DNA from: Tubulanus polymorphus
Taxonomy: Eukaryota; Animalia; Nemertea
Assembly: GCF_964204645.1 (NCBI RefSeq)
Contig: NC_134035.1
Coordinates: forward strand, 9,022,451 to 9,086,450
Direction: 5' to 3'
Length of the DNA stretch: 64,000 nucleotides
Program-made: the position numbers and the translations under genes
In this document: positions 24,844-36,349 of the stretch, piece by piece
Layout of the letters: every line of letters starts with the position of its first letter
Position numbering within the stretch: position 1 is the first letter of the stretch
The notes under the pieces: generated by a model
Told to the model about the DNA's origin: nothing
Database searches by the model: none
Seen by the model: only the letters and a program-made list of their open reading frames with translations

Positions 24844-24939
24844 TAAATTGATAAATCGTAAACTGTGAGTTTTGCTCATATACAGTGTTTTGAATGTATT
24901 TGTGTTGATTGGCACCGGAGCAAGGAGGGTATTTGAGTA

Positions 24940-27900
24940 CTAAACCGGTGGTTGAGTTGTTGAACGCCCGGCTTCATAATCGGGATTATACGGCGGAGGA
25001 GGCGAACTGCTACGAGGTGGCGCCACTTCCGTCGGTTGCGACGTATAAGCCGGTGGCGCTATACCACTTTCTCGGCGCGCGCACTGTGTACCGTATCCCG
25101 GTAAAGCGTGAAGTATACCTTCGTCGACTTCTTGTTGATAGTCGATCAGTAGCGGGCGACGTTCGGCTTCGTCGAATTGCGCGCGTTGCTCGATTCGGCG
25201 TTTTCGACGCGCCCGCGGACACTCGGGGAAGTCGGCCTGGTTTCGGGCGCGGATGAATTGAAACGTAGCGCCGAGTACCGTCAATCCTAACCAGACACCG
25301 CTGAGTATCATATCTGTAATGATCGCGTGAGCAAAATGTAAATACTCGAAGTTCATGAAATACGGGAATATTCTATGAGTGAATGTGTCTAATCCCTCTC
25401 TAGTCGGTAAATATTTTGCCACAGTGAGGGAGCATTTGTTAAGTACATACTGGCCTGCATCTATGGGGAGGGATCGGTAGAATTAGCTACGTAATGCTTT
25501 AAGGCCAACAGGTCCCTTTATGTCATTCAAAGTTTCAAATTTTAAGAAAATACCGAATAAATTGCTTAATTACTGAAAGAGGAGGGTGTATAACATGCAA
25601 TTTCGACAGCAGAAATGAACATACAATACATTAGTATGTAAATCGGTTTACTGACGGAGAAAATAGGGAAATTCCACCATTGGAGCCCTTCACTGCTCCA
25701 TGGGTTCAAAGATACTGTCGTGTCTGACATTGATTGGGCTTTCATAATGCCAGTGGGACTTTAAAATAGCATAGGCCTACACGATGGAGCGGGTTGAAAA
25801 TCAGCTCAATAATGCATGCGTTCTTTATATGAACAACTAAGTGACGACGGATATAAATAGCTAGAAAAATAAGGAGTACACAGCCAGGGTTCAGTTTCAT
25901 TATCGAGACTCATTGAGTGTTGCTGACTTCATTGGAGGTTAGAATTTATAAATATCATATCTCATTGCGGTTCAAATCTAAATGTAGTTCATATCTCAGA
26001 ACAATTTTCATCAATTGTTCTTATGTAGGAATCAATCTGTTGCCTGTACTTCGAAGCCCCCACGCAGACAATCACCATTTAATGGGTGAATTTTCAGATA
26101 GGAGACCTGTCAAAGTCTTGATGATCAGTTATAAGGCAGATGAGTGTCTGAGGGAGAGAGTACTGCAGACAGCAGATTGACTGCTGCGACGTCGTTCTAC
26201 GCTTACCGTTTCTTTGAAATGGCGGGAAAATCTTGACTTTCATGTAATCGGAAATCGTCGCCTTGAATATAGCATGTAGGACTATATGATGCATGATCGA
26301 ATTCAGCGCTATACTAGCCGTTATAATCATCAGGTACGACCCGACTATCGAACATGATATAATACTCATCTGAAAAAAAATACCGGTATAAAACGTAAAT
26401 CTAAATAATAAAGACATTAATTGAATCGGGTTGCCACTTTTATTTGATTTGCTTTGTCCTTGACTATTCCCTGACATATGCCTTGTTTTCTCTGACTCGA
26501 TCTGCTAAGAATCCAATCAATTAATGCAGTCAGGAACATAAGACATAGACGGAAACTGTTTGATTTTTACACATGATCTAGCAATCTTAACAAATTTTTC
26601 CTTGACTTTTCCCTGACACATAGCTTCTTTTTTTTTTACAAAATTCCCTGACTATTTCCTGACTTTTTCATAGAAAATAAAATTCCTCGACTTTTCCCCG
26701 ATTTCCAGGCAAGTGGCCACCCAGATCGATGACCTGAATCCATTATAAGATAAAAATATACCGGGAACCCCGATATCTGGAACAAAGGAATTCTATCATG
26801 TGGGTTTTTGTGATAATTTTTCGTTTGACCCAGAATTTTATCATCAGTATGTAAACAAATAACAGACAGGTCATTTAGAACTGTCGCATGAGTGAAAATT
26901 GAATTACTTGTTGATAAAAAGAAATGACTAACCGTTTTAGTGAAGTAAAGTAATACGACAGGAACCATTAAAACACCACAAGCAAATGTCATTCCGTAGT
27001 TAAAATTCATCTCCCAAACTGATATATTACCTATAGATGAAGAAAATACTAAATACAATTTCCATCTTTGAAGTAAACAGTAGAACTTGTGACCAAACAT
27101 TTCAGGGGGAACAGTTGCACTGCGGTGACTCAAATCATGTGGTCTTAAATCATAAGACCAGTCTTCACTCGTTACATTGGCTATAGAAGCAGGATATGGT
27201 GAAGAAAAACTTTATCATCAATTGAATTAGGCAGTCACTTGTCAATGGACACCAAGCAGGAATGGATGGTCTTTGACTAATCTTTAAATCTAACAGGGTC
27301 CCTCCAGATCAGTCAATTCTGGCAATAAGGAGTTTTAAAGGAGAAAATTTTGCATTTCGAGGAAGCATCTGCATCACTTACATCCCAATTACAGTAGACT
27401 CCTAAATCGGTACTGTTTATCTCGTTAATTGGTGGTATAGTAAACACAAATCTTTATCCTTAACGCTACTAATCTAAACTCCGTTTCTAATTGGGCAACC
27501 ATCTAAATGGGTTAAAAATTGAATTCTGATCCCAACTGTACCGATTACTGTATGCTGTAGATTACAGTACAACAATCAAAACAATTTTCAATTTCCTATT
27601 TCTCAAATTGATGGAGTTTTAAAGGAGTTTCAGGGATTTTGCTCGAAACAAAGAAGTTTCAAACACGTTCAAGAGCATTTTCTGTTTAGAATGAGTTTTT
27701 AAAGGAATCAAGGAGCTGCTAGGGATCCCGTGTAAGCCTTGCTTGTGCAACTGAGCCGAGAACATTTTTCAAATCGATCTTCGAAAAGTTATAATATACC
27801 AACCGAATGGGGTGTAGAATATGATGCACGAAACCAGATATCCGAGAATTAGACCGGTTAACAGAACCGACATAACGGGTACGCCGCAGTTCCACCAGAA

Positions 27901-30900
27901 TAACAGCCATAGTATACCACCAATTATACCACACCCCACCGCTAATCCAAGGCTTGCTATAAAATACATAAACACTATACAGTTATCCTTTCCTAACATT
28001 ACGCACTATAAACATTTAAAAGTATGAAAGTGTGCAATTCTCTTTAAATTTACCGGGAGTCGCCAAATCTGTTAACATCGCCAATAATATATAGGCGAGT
28101 AGCGTAAATGATATCAGTCCCATCATCACTTGTTCTGAAAATAACGAATTTGTCTTTTTGTTAAGCGTGTACAGGATATTTGTCTTCGCCAAACGTCTGG
28201 TGACAAAATGCGGATTCGAAAAAAACTCACGGAATTTGAAGTATTTATGACCGCAGAAACACAAGACTAATCCCAGGATACCGGCTATACTTGTTACGAT
28301 CATTGTTGGAATGAAATCTGGAAATATAATAAGAAGACGATAAGGACGATTAATTTCAGTTTCATCATCTTGTCTCTGCATGGAGACTCCACCAAGGTAT
28401 GAATACCTGCCTGACGAGCCCAAGTGTGCAGCTACTAAGCATTTAGCCGTGTTTCATTTCAGCCTGGTTTATTACATTTATCGCGTATTACGTATCTGCA
28501 AATTTGTTATGGTGGTTAAAAGCTGGCCAACTGATTGTTCCTGCACGTTTTTGAGCAGATCAGCCGTGCCAGTACCTGTGCACTTGAGCTTATTAGGCAG
28601 AGTTTTGTTCCATGGCAGAATCTTGCAATATCAGTAGGTTCAAATGCAGAGGCGGATCCAGGGGGACTTTGAGACTTGTACAAGTGCATCAAATTTTTTG
28701 AGAGCCTTTTTCATTTTGTCAAAAAAAGATAATTGGTCCATTTCAGTGGCGTGGTAGTGCCCCTATCATTGCTTTTTGCACATCAAAATGCCCTTAATTC
28801 GGAATGTGACAAGTTATTCAAACTTGTCTCCAGGATCCGACCCTGGGGCCAGTTGCATAGTCATGGCTTAGACTTAAGACCAGTCTGAGTCCAACTTAGT
28901 TCTATAGCTAATCTAACAACATAAGACCAGTCTTAAGATTTAAGACCACTTTTGGACTTAAGTCATGACTGTGCAACTGGCCCCTGAAATCTGTATGATG
29001 CAGTTTCAATCGCTGGCGACTTATTGCTATCACTATCTGAGTTTAAGACACTTACATTTAGTAGGACAGGAGCCGTCATCCTGTAAATCACAGTTATATA
29101 CAGCTACCGGTACATACGCCGTACTCTCGGTAAAACCATTATCATCGGTGACGATCACGTTATAGATCGCCGCGATTCCGTCGAACGAAGCCATCGGTAA
29201 CATCGGTCGTCCGGTCTTACCGCGATAATGCTCGATCATCTGTGACATAAATCAAAACATATTTTCAGTAATCCAACGACGATGCCTATATTCAGTGAAA
29301 GGGTTCGGAAACGCAATAAAGATTAACCCTTAATTATTGTGGTTATCTACAATACCCCGCAGTGCGATATTTATCGAAAGATGGCAGCGAATCTCGGGAA
29401 GTGACAATACGCCACACATTATACCAAGCATACATAATACATCGCACTGTGTTGCAGTTTTCAGGTATATTTTACTATACTCCCAGGGACTAGCAACTCA
29501 AAAGAGTAAAACTCAATGGTAAGAATCTAGTTTCAATTGTCACTATGGCACTTACGTTATCCAAATAATACAGTAAAGTTTAAGAAACTTTTCTGCGCCC
29601 CATGGATCAAAGGGTTGGAAAGATTGCGCGGTAAAAAGGATTAAATGTATTTAAGATGGAATGAACTGATAAAATTGATATAAACTTTTCCTTGAAACTG
29701 TGCTCGTGTTCATATTTCAGGCAATTTCAAAATCAATTTTCGAATTTTCGTTACGTCACAACGATCCCTCAATCATCTAAACATCGAATCGTTCGTACCT
29801 TCGTGCCGTACTTGATGATATTCGGCGCCGCCATCATTCGTCGCATCGCATCGAACAATCCTTTCTCCGAGTAGTCCATCTCGTCGAGGTAATAAACGTA
29901 AAAATCGTAACGCAATCTCGTCCATCGTTCCTGCGATTCGCACGACGGTTCGCTCGTACCTCGTCTCGAGCCCTCGTTGCCGTATTGATATTTCAGTATC
30001 GTTTCTACGTAGCCGCGTTCGATTCGTAAATTCGGGTCGAGTTCAAGGTTGAACTCTTCATTGCAGCCGCCCGGTACTGGTTCTGTAAAATACGATACGT
30101 ATCGCATTAAAATATAGGCCTTGTAAAAGTCCACCTCAGTGTTCTCCGCAACAGGTTTTAGAAGGGCGACCACCCCTTTCATTTTTACATTCACCCTCTG
30201 AAAATCAGTCACCCCTGATAAAATATCTACTGCCCCTTCCAGAGTGGATGTCAATATTCTATCAATGCCGATAATTGCTATGAAATATATTGAGCTAATA
30301 TGAAAATTAGAAGATTACACCAAAATTAAGCTTAAATTTTCTGTAATTTTGGCCGGGGTTGCAGGTCTAGCTACTTCAGCAACCAAGATGTCCTAGACTG
30401 AACAATGAATACATCCCCTTTAAAATTCAAGCATATGGAAACACTGCATTGTGCTATTTGAATCAGTTTGTTACAGACAGGATTCTCACAGATCAGAGAA
30501 TGCAAAATTCGGCGAAATTTTCCCAACCCTCGACCAAAAATTCACTGATATAGTTATAGGATATCCTCGGTTGGGCGATAGGAAAAACGGAAATACAGGA
30601 ATCCTTGATCTGTAAGAACCCTATCACATGCTATGGGGTAAAGGTAGGCTCATTTTTACTGTTTTTGACTCCGGGATACCCGTTGAACCAAAAAATCTTA
30701 ACCGAAACTTTTCTTAAATTTTTTTCATAGATTTTTCACATTTTTTCTCTCACTTTTCCAAATGGACATTTTTCACATTGATCTATAAGAGTAGGCCCAT
30801 TCTTACCCGTTTCACGGTGCCACTTGGCAAAAACTATTACGCTGACGTCGCGCTTCGATTTCGTACTGATGTACCACGTCACTGATGTTTGTCCTTTCGT

Positions 30901-33138
30901 TAAAGCAGTAACGTATCCGGCATCAGTACCGGTGACGCTGTCAGACGGTTTAACACGAGTGCTGGAAGATACTGTCAGCTGTCTACAAACAAATGAGGCA
31001 AATGAAGAACGATCGAACAACAATTTCTCAAAGTATGACCTATAATATAAGTCCATTAATACCCAGGAATACTCGAGTAGTATTTCAAGTATATTTCATC
31101 TACCACATGCTGTGTCATTAGTTACTAATATTTCAACATGTTTGAGGGGAGCTACCATATAGAGAACTGGGAGCGGTTGCTCAAAAGTTAGTGCAAGATA
31201 ACTGATAGATAAATACCACAGTAACAATGAGCTTTTACCTGTCACTTTATATCAACAATCCAAGCTGGTTAACTCTAACCATTTTTGACCAACCGTTGAG
31301 TACTAATTACACCAATGCACCGCGATGCCGTGTATAGGTACATTTTTTATCAGTTAATTCTATTTCAGATAAGGTCTACTATACATGATATTTTATGCCT
31401 CACAAATCGCAAATGCAGTATTTGTGAGGAAGCCTAACTAACTAAGTTCATCAACGATTTATACACCGCACTGCAGTGTAGATGCACGGATTAAATGTAT
31501 ACCTAAGTATAGTCAACATTCTTGACATTTCATACCATCTTTTTCATAAAGAAATCACTTGATTGCATGAATGCTCTTCGTAGACATTTTCAATGTTGAG
31601 TTCGAATTGCAAAAAATCAGTGTCAAGAGTTTATTTTGAAAAGCTCAGTCCTATTGTTGTTAAACATAAAGCTAGACATAGGCTACTTACTTGCCCTGAC
31701 TGTGACCCTGGAAGACAACAAAGGAGGCGATGTCTGGAATGCTATTGAGCGTAACGGTCAAATACGCCGAACCACCGGGTACAGTAAATACTGTCGGCAC
31801 ATCAGCAGTTATCGATACAGCTGCAAACAATTAAACGACAATTTCTCTTTACGTCTTGGAAAAGTGTAATTTTTTCAAATGAAAATTTATGAAATACCGA
31901 AGATTTTCTATATAAGAAGACTCATTTAGGCCTACCAAAAGGCAGGTGATATTTTGCCAATTGACGCCACACATGCGCACTGAGGTGCATGACTTAGAAG
32001 ATTCAAGGAAAGTGTGGAGAACAGAGTTAGAGAAAATAGCAGCATGGAACAGGATTCGAACCCGGGCCAGTAAATTACTAATGTCTATTTATTAATTGAT
32101 GAGACCTGTTTTTCTTGGATATTTTGCTTACTTTTTGGGGTACATACCTCATTTATGTCTTAACAGAATGCCAAAAATCGCGGACAACAACTGAATATCC
32201 GATATATTTCCAGTTCTGTACCAATTAGATGGATTGGCAAAAAGACTCCTTAAGTCCAGTTGAATGAGAGAGAAAATCCTCCATTTTGTGAAATTTCTTG
32301 AATTTTTACATTGTTACCATGCCTACGCCACCCTGATTTAGTTGTTGAGACCCCACAAGAAAAATAACTTCATTTCGTAGGCATGGTGACAATGTAAAAA
32401 TTCAAGAAATTTGACAAAATGGAGGATTTTCTCTCTCATTCAACTGGACTTAAGGAGTCTTTTTGCCAATCCATCTAATTGGTACAGAACTGGAAATATA
32501 TCGGATATTCAGTTGTTGTCCGCGATTTTTGGCATTCTGTTAAGACATAAATGAGGTATGTACCCCAAAAAGTAAGCAAAATATCCAAGAAAAACAGGTC
32601 TCATCAATTAATAAATAGACATTAGCGCAGCGTCATACCACTAGACGACCGAGCTTGCTGAAAACCACCCAAACCACCCTCAACTATCTATAGTACCTCA
32701 CCTTACCCTAATCCTATCCCTAGGGGTAAAACAGAACCCTCTGGACCCTCTTCTCACCCTCTTGACACTAACCCTATCGAAAATAACCCTAAACCCAATA
32801 TAATGAGTTTATTGTTTAGTTAATACTATATATAACATTATAGTAAATAATGTACTGTAAAACTGCGCAAGTAAATACTTTGCTTAACACGGTTAAATTA
32901 TTTAACCAATTCGTTTTTTTGCACTGTACGTGTACAGTACTGCACTGGTGTCACTGACACTGACAGTTTGATTTGAGTTTTGACAGTGAAAAAAAGGAAA
33001 GACTGGAGGAATCCACTAAATATAAAAAAAGTTAGCCGACAAATACTTACACCTCGATGGCCCAAACAACAAGCAATCAGACGTATGGACACAAATTAAG
33101 GACAAAAACAACGTTACAAATGTCACAAACGTAGCCAT
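24940..33138 (-). CDS. TM7SF3: Transmembrane 7 superfamily member 3
   Basis: Signal-peptide exon 33138-33051 (MATFVTFVTLFLSLICVH). Further exons at approximately 31820-31691, 30982-30807, 30081-29799 (PVPGGCNEEFNLELDPNL), 29239-29056 (STAYVP), 28317-28231 (LCFCGHKYFK), 28134-28055, 27955-27805, 27030-26932, 26369-26207 (PPFQRN) and 25313-24940. Internal boundaries are approximate. Confidence 0.88.
28846..28983. mobile_element. Harbinger/PIF-like MITE (second family; CTTAAG-rich interior)
   Basis: ctg|GGGCCAGTTGCATAGTCATGGCTTA...TAAGTCATGACTGTGCAACTGGCCC|ctg. Copies at ~16048-16237, 23441-23583, 43890-43975 and 62503-62856. Confidence 0.7.
32038..32660 (-). mobile_element. tRNA-derived SINE-like head interrupted by a foldback element
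   Basis: Removing the insert gives, on the minus strand, GCTCGGTCGTCTAGTGGTATGACGCTGCGCTAGTAATTTACTGGCCCGGGTTCGAATCCTGTTCC, with A-box and B-box. Confidence 0.6.
32081..32622. mobile_element. Foldback element/MITE with ~246-bp near-perfect inverted arms, TA target duplication
   Basis: 32081-32326 is the reverse complement of ~32376-32622 with about two mismatches and a ~49-bp spacer. Flanks read c-TA|ATGTCT...AGACAT|TA-g. Confidence 0.85.
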
Positions 33139-34159
33139 TCCTAAACTTGTCAACTTGTGACATTTGTCAAAATTACTTCCTGGTTGAGAAATGGGTAGCT
33201 CCGAGAATATCCACATCAGGGGAACCAATCCAATTCAATTCGATCTATATCGCGGCGGGCGCGATATCGGCGAAACCGCCGGCGCATATATAATGTAGTT
33301 TGTGGTCGTCATGCAAAAAATTCCGACACGATGCGATAATTGTACCGGGAATTGTCATTCTAGATTAACCCAGAGCTTCATTTCTACCAAAGTAGAACAC
33401 TACCTTTAAAAGGCAGTATTTTCGCAATCCAAACAGAAATTCGCATATTAAGGCAATTTTTTGGTTGAAAGAGCCACAGCTATACTATACACTTCAACAT
33501 AAAAGCATTAATCTGAGAGATAAAACTACAAATTCACTCTAAAAAGCTTAAGATTAACAGATCCATCTTTAATTTCATTTTAATTGACATTATTTTTATT
33601 AGAAAAATATAATTTAGCAAAATTTGCCTCGTCTTAACTTAAAGATTTTGAAACACTATATTCGCTTGAAATACGTATTCTTACGTTTTTTCTGCCAGCT
33701 CTGAAAAACATCAAAATAATTATACTATCAATAAAAAGTCAACAATGATATCGATAATTTTAAGTTTAACATTCGTGTAAATTGTATCACCCAGATTTTA
33801 TTCTCCGGATTACCCCTAAAACAATTAATACGAAATGCCTGGTTAGTATTCTAACACGCGACGAATGCCGATGAATACTCATTCGCCATCTATCAGACTT
33901 TCTCATCACCACAACCTCAACTATCTAAAAGTAAAATCCTATAGTACTTCGGCGTATCGCCCCATTAATCCGCAAATATTCTATTTTCATATAACAAATA
34001 TAGAAAGTCCTACCGGATAGTTGAGCTCATTAGAGCTTCGAATAATCTGTTTTAAATGTAACCGATTATATGAAAAAACGGACAAAGAGAACAAAGAAAC
34101 TAGCATCGACGGAGCGGTTACTTGTTTGTGTATTTAGTTCTATTTATAGTCGTTATTTT

Positions 34160-34202
34160 ATGGGAGCATTTCGGGTAAGTAGTTTTCCCAGGATTCAAGG
34201 GG
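34160..34202. promoter_or_regulatory. Pair of Staf/ZNF143-binding-site (SBS)-like motifs at the putative ZNF143 promoter
   Basis: Minus strand 34184-34160 reads AACTACTTACCCGAAATGCTCCCAT (ACTAC + YWCCCRNMATGC). Plus strand 34185-34202 reads TTCCCAGGATTCAAGGGG. Confidence 0.5.
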
Positions 34203-34580
34203 CTCAATGCCTTCCTAAATCATATATATCCCCGAAGCGAAAGTAGTTTTCTCGAATGTAAACGTCGTTTTCGTCAAGTTCGTCATGTTGATGCGACGGG
34301 TATTAGTGTACGAGAAGGTATTAACGTTAGGAAATGAAGGCACTGATTATGTCGCCATGACATCTCCCAACCTCCCAAAACTGCTACCACCAGGCGTCGA
34401 TGTTTGTTGACGTTGTTGAAAATTACAGCCAACAACAGAATCTCAATTAACTCAAAAAGTCAATCCAGATTCAAGTCTTACTCATTCTCAACATGTGTAT
34501 TGCGCAATGACTACTCATCAAATTTGCTGCAGTTGCTCCATTTAGGCCTGATGGCCCCGGCTTCAAGTGTAGTCCTATAG

Positions 34581-35874
34581 CACAGGGACTTGTCACAATT
34601 GATAGTGAATGAATAAAACCAATATCAATGACCAGGTCCACTATCCCTGTATAATATAAAAAACAAGGGTGGCAACAAATTTTCAATCTGACAATGACTT
34701 CTCCACTTCAATCGACTGTAATTCCAAAAATTCTCAACCGATTCACATGAAATAAGCTTTAATACAACCTAGAAGACTTTCTGCTTCCAACGAGCCTTTA
34801 ACCACCACTCTAGGACAATTATCTCACAACGAAATCACCGTTTTTTGACGAGAGATAGCTCAAATTGGAGGTGTACCGATTCTATGGTGGACAGCAAAAT
34901 GGTCGTATTTTTCACTTCAAACGATGATTTCTATGTGAAATCTTAGAGATAACCCCAACAAACCATACATTTTTTAAAACTACGCGGTCATACCTGTACG
35001 CTTATCTCATTTATTTGTATAATCCACGCGATGGGTGAGCTCACAAGCTCAAAATCGAAAATGAGGACGAACACGGCGTTCAACTTGTCATCAACTGGGC
35101 GGCCATTAATCACGTGATATCGTAGTAACGGGCTAAATATTTCACGCGCATTGATTGGCTTAGAGATTTCGAAAAACATTACAAAATTTATTAAAAGTTC
35201 TGTTAATTAATAAAATATCCGTATTATGAAAATATAGTGCAACATTCGTCTGAGGGGTGGTATTATTAGCAAATATTTCCTTTTTTCAAGTCTACAGACG
35301 TAGACTTGTCGCGGTTCTATTAACATAGCCCGAACCTGCACGTCACGTGATTAATGGCCGCCAGCGCGATAGTGCGAGGTGACTTTTTCGTATATTTGTT
35401 CGATTTTGAGCTTGCGAGCTCACCCATCGCGTGGATTATACAAATAAATGAGATAAGCGTACAGGTATGACCGCGTAGTTTTAAAAAATGTATGGTTTGT
35501 TGGGGTTATCTCTAAGATTTCACATAGAAATCATCGTTTGAAGTGAAAAATACGACCATTTTGCTGTCCACCATAGAATCGGTACACCTCCAATTTGAGC
35601 TATCTCTCGTCAAAAAACGGTGATTTCGTTGTGAGATAATTGTCCTAGAGTGGTGGTTAAAGGCTCGTTGGAAGCAGAAAGTCTTCTAGGTTGTATTAAA
35701 GCTTATTTCATGTGAATCGGTTGAGAATTTTTGGAATTACAGTCGATTGAAGTGGAGAAGTCATTGTCAGATTGAAAATTTGTTGCCACCCTTGTTATTT
35801 TATTATACAGTTGCAGGGATACTGGTACCCCCATCATTGGTCTCATCCATTATCAGTCGTGACAAGTCCCTGTG
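34581..35874. mobile_element. Non-autonomous foldback DNA transposon, P-superfamily-like, 8-bp TSD
   Basis: Termini CACAGGGACTTGTCAC...GTGACAAGTCCCTGTG. TSD TCCTATAG at 34573-34580 and 35875-35882. Internal inverted arms of ~470 bp (34647-35117 vs 35343-35810). No transposase ORF. Confidence 0.85.
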
Positions 35875-36349
35875 TCCTATAGAAGGAGCTAATTAAAAGT
35901 TCACTGCACTAGCGCAGCTCCTGAAAGTTAGAATCCACAGCATCAGCTGGAGCAAGACCAAAAGCAAAGGGGAATCTAATTTTTGCAGGACGATTGCCCT
36001 GGAAATTGGAAAGGGGCACTTAATGTGAAAAAGGGCAGATTTGGCAATGAACGCGACTGCGAAATTGGTAGGGGTTCAACGTAGGTAGGCCTAGGCCTGA
36101 TATATTATTCCACTCCAACAGAACATTTAGGATAAGGGCTTTCTCTCGGGCCCCTTTGATATATTTTTCCTCTTTAAAAAAACGTTCTTTGCAAAAATAT
36201 TGTTTGAGACCTAGGAAGGGAACATTCAAATTTTGAGTGGGGTGGACTGAGTCCACCCCTACTACATCCGGCCTTGTTGTTTAGCATGGGATGCACACAG
36301 TTATACGGTCAACCTAAACCTGACATGGAACCTGTGTTTCAGATTGATT

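Noticed and set aside
32038-32660. Functional tRNA gene
   Set aside because: It is interrupted by a 542-bp insertion, and the reconstructed acceptor and anticodon stems pair poorly. It is treated as SINE-like or a pseudo-tRNA.
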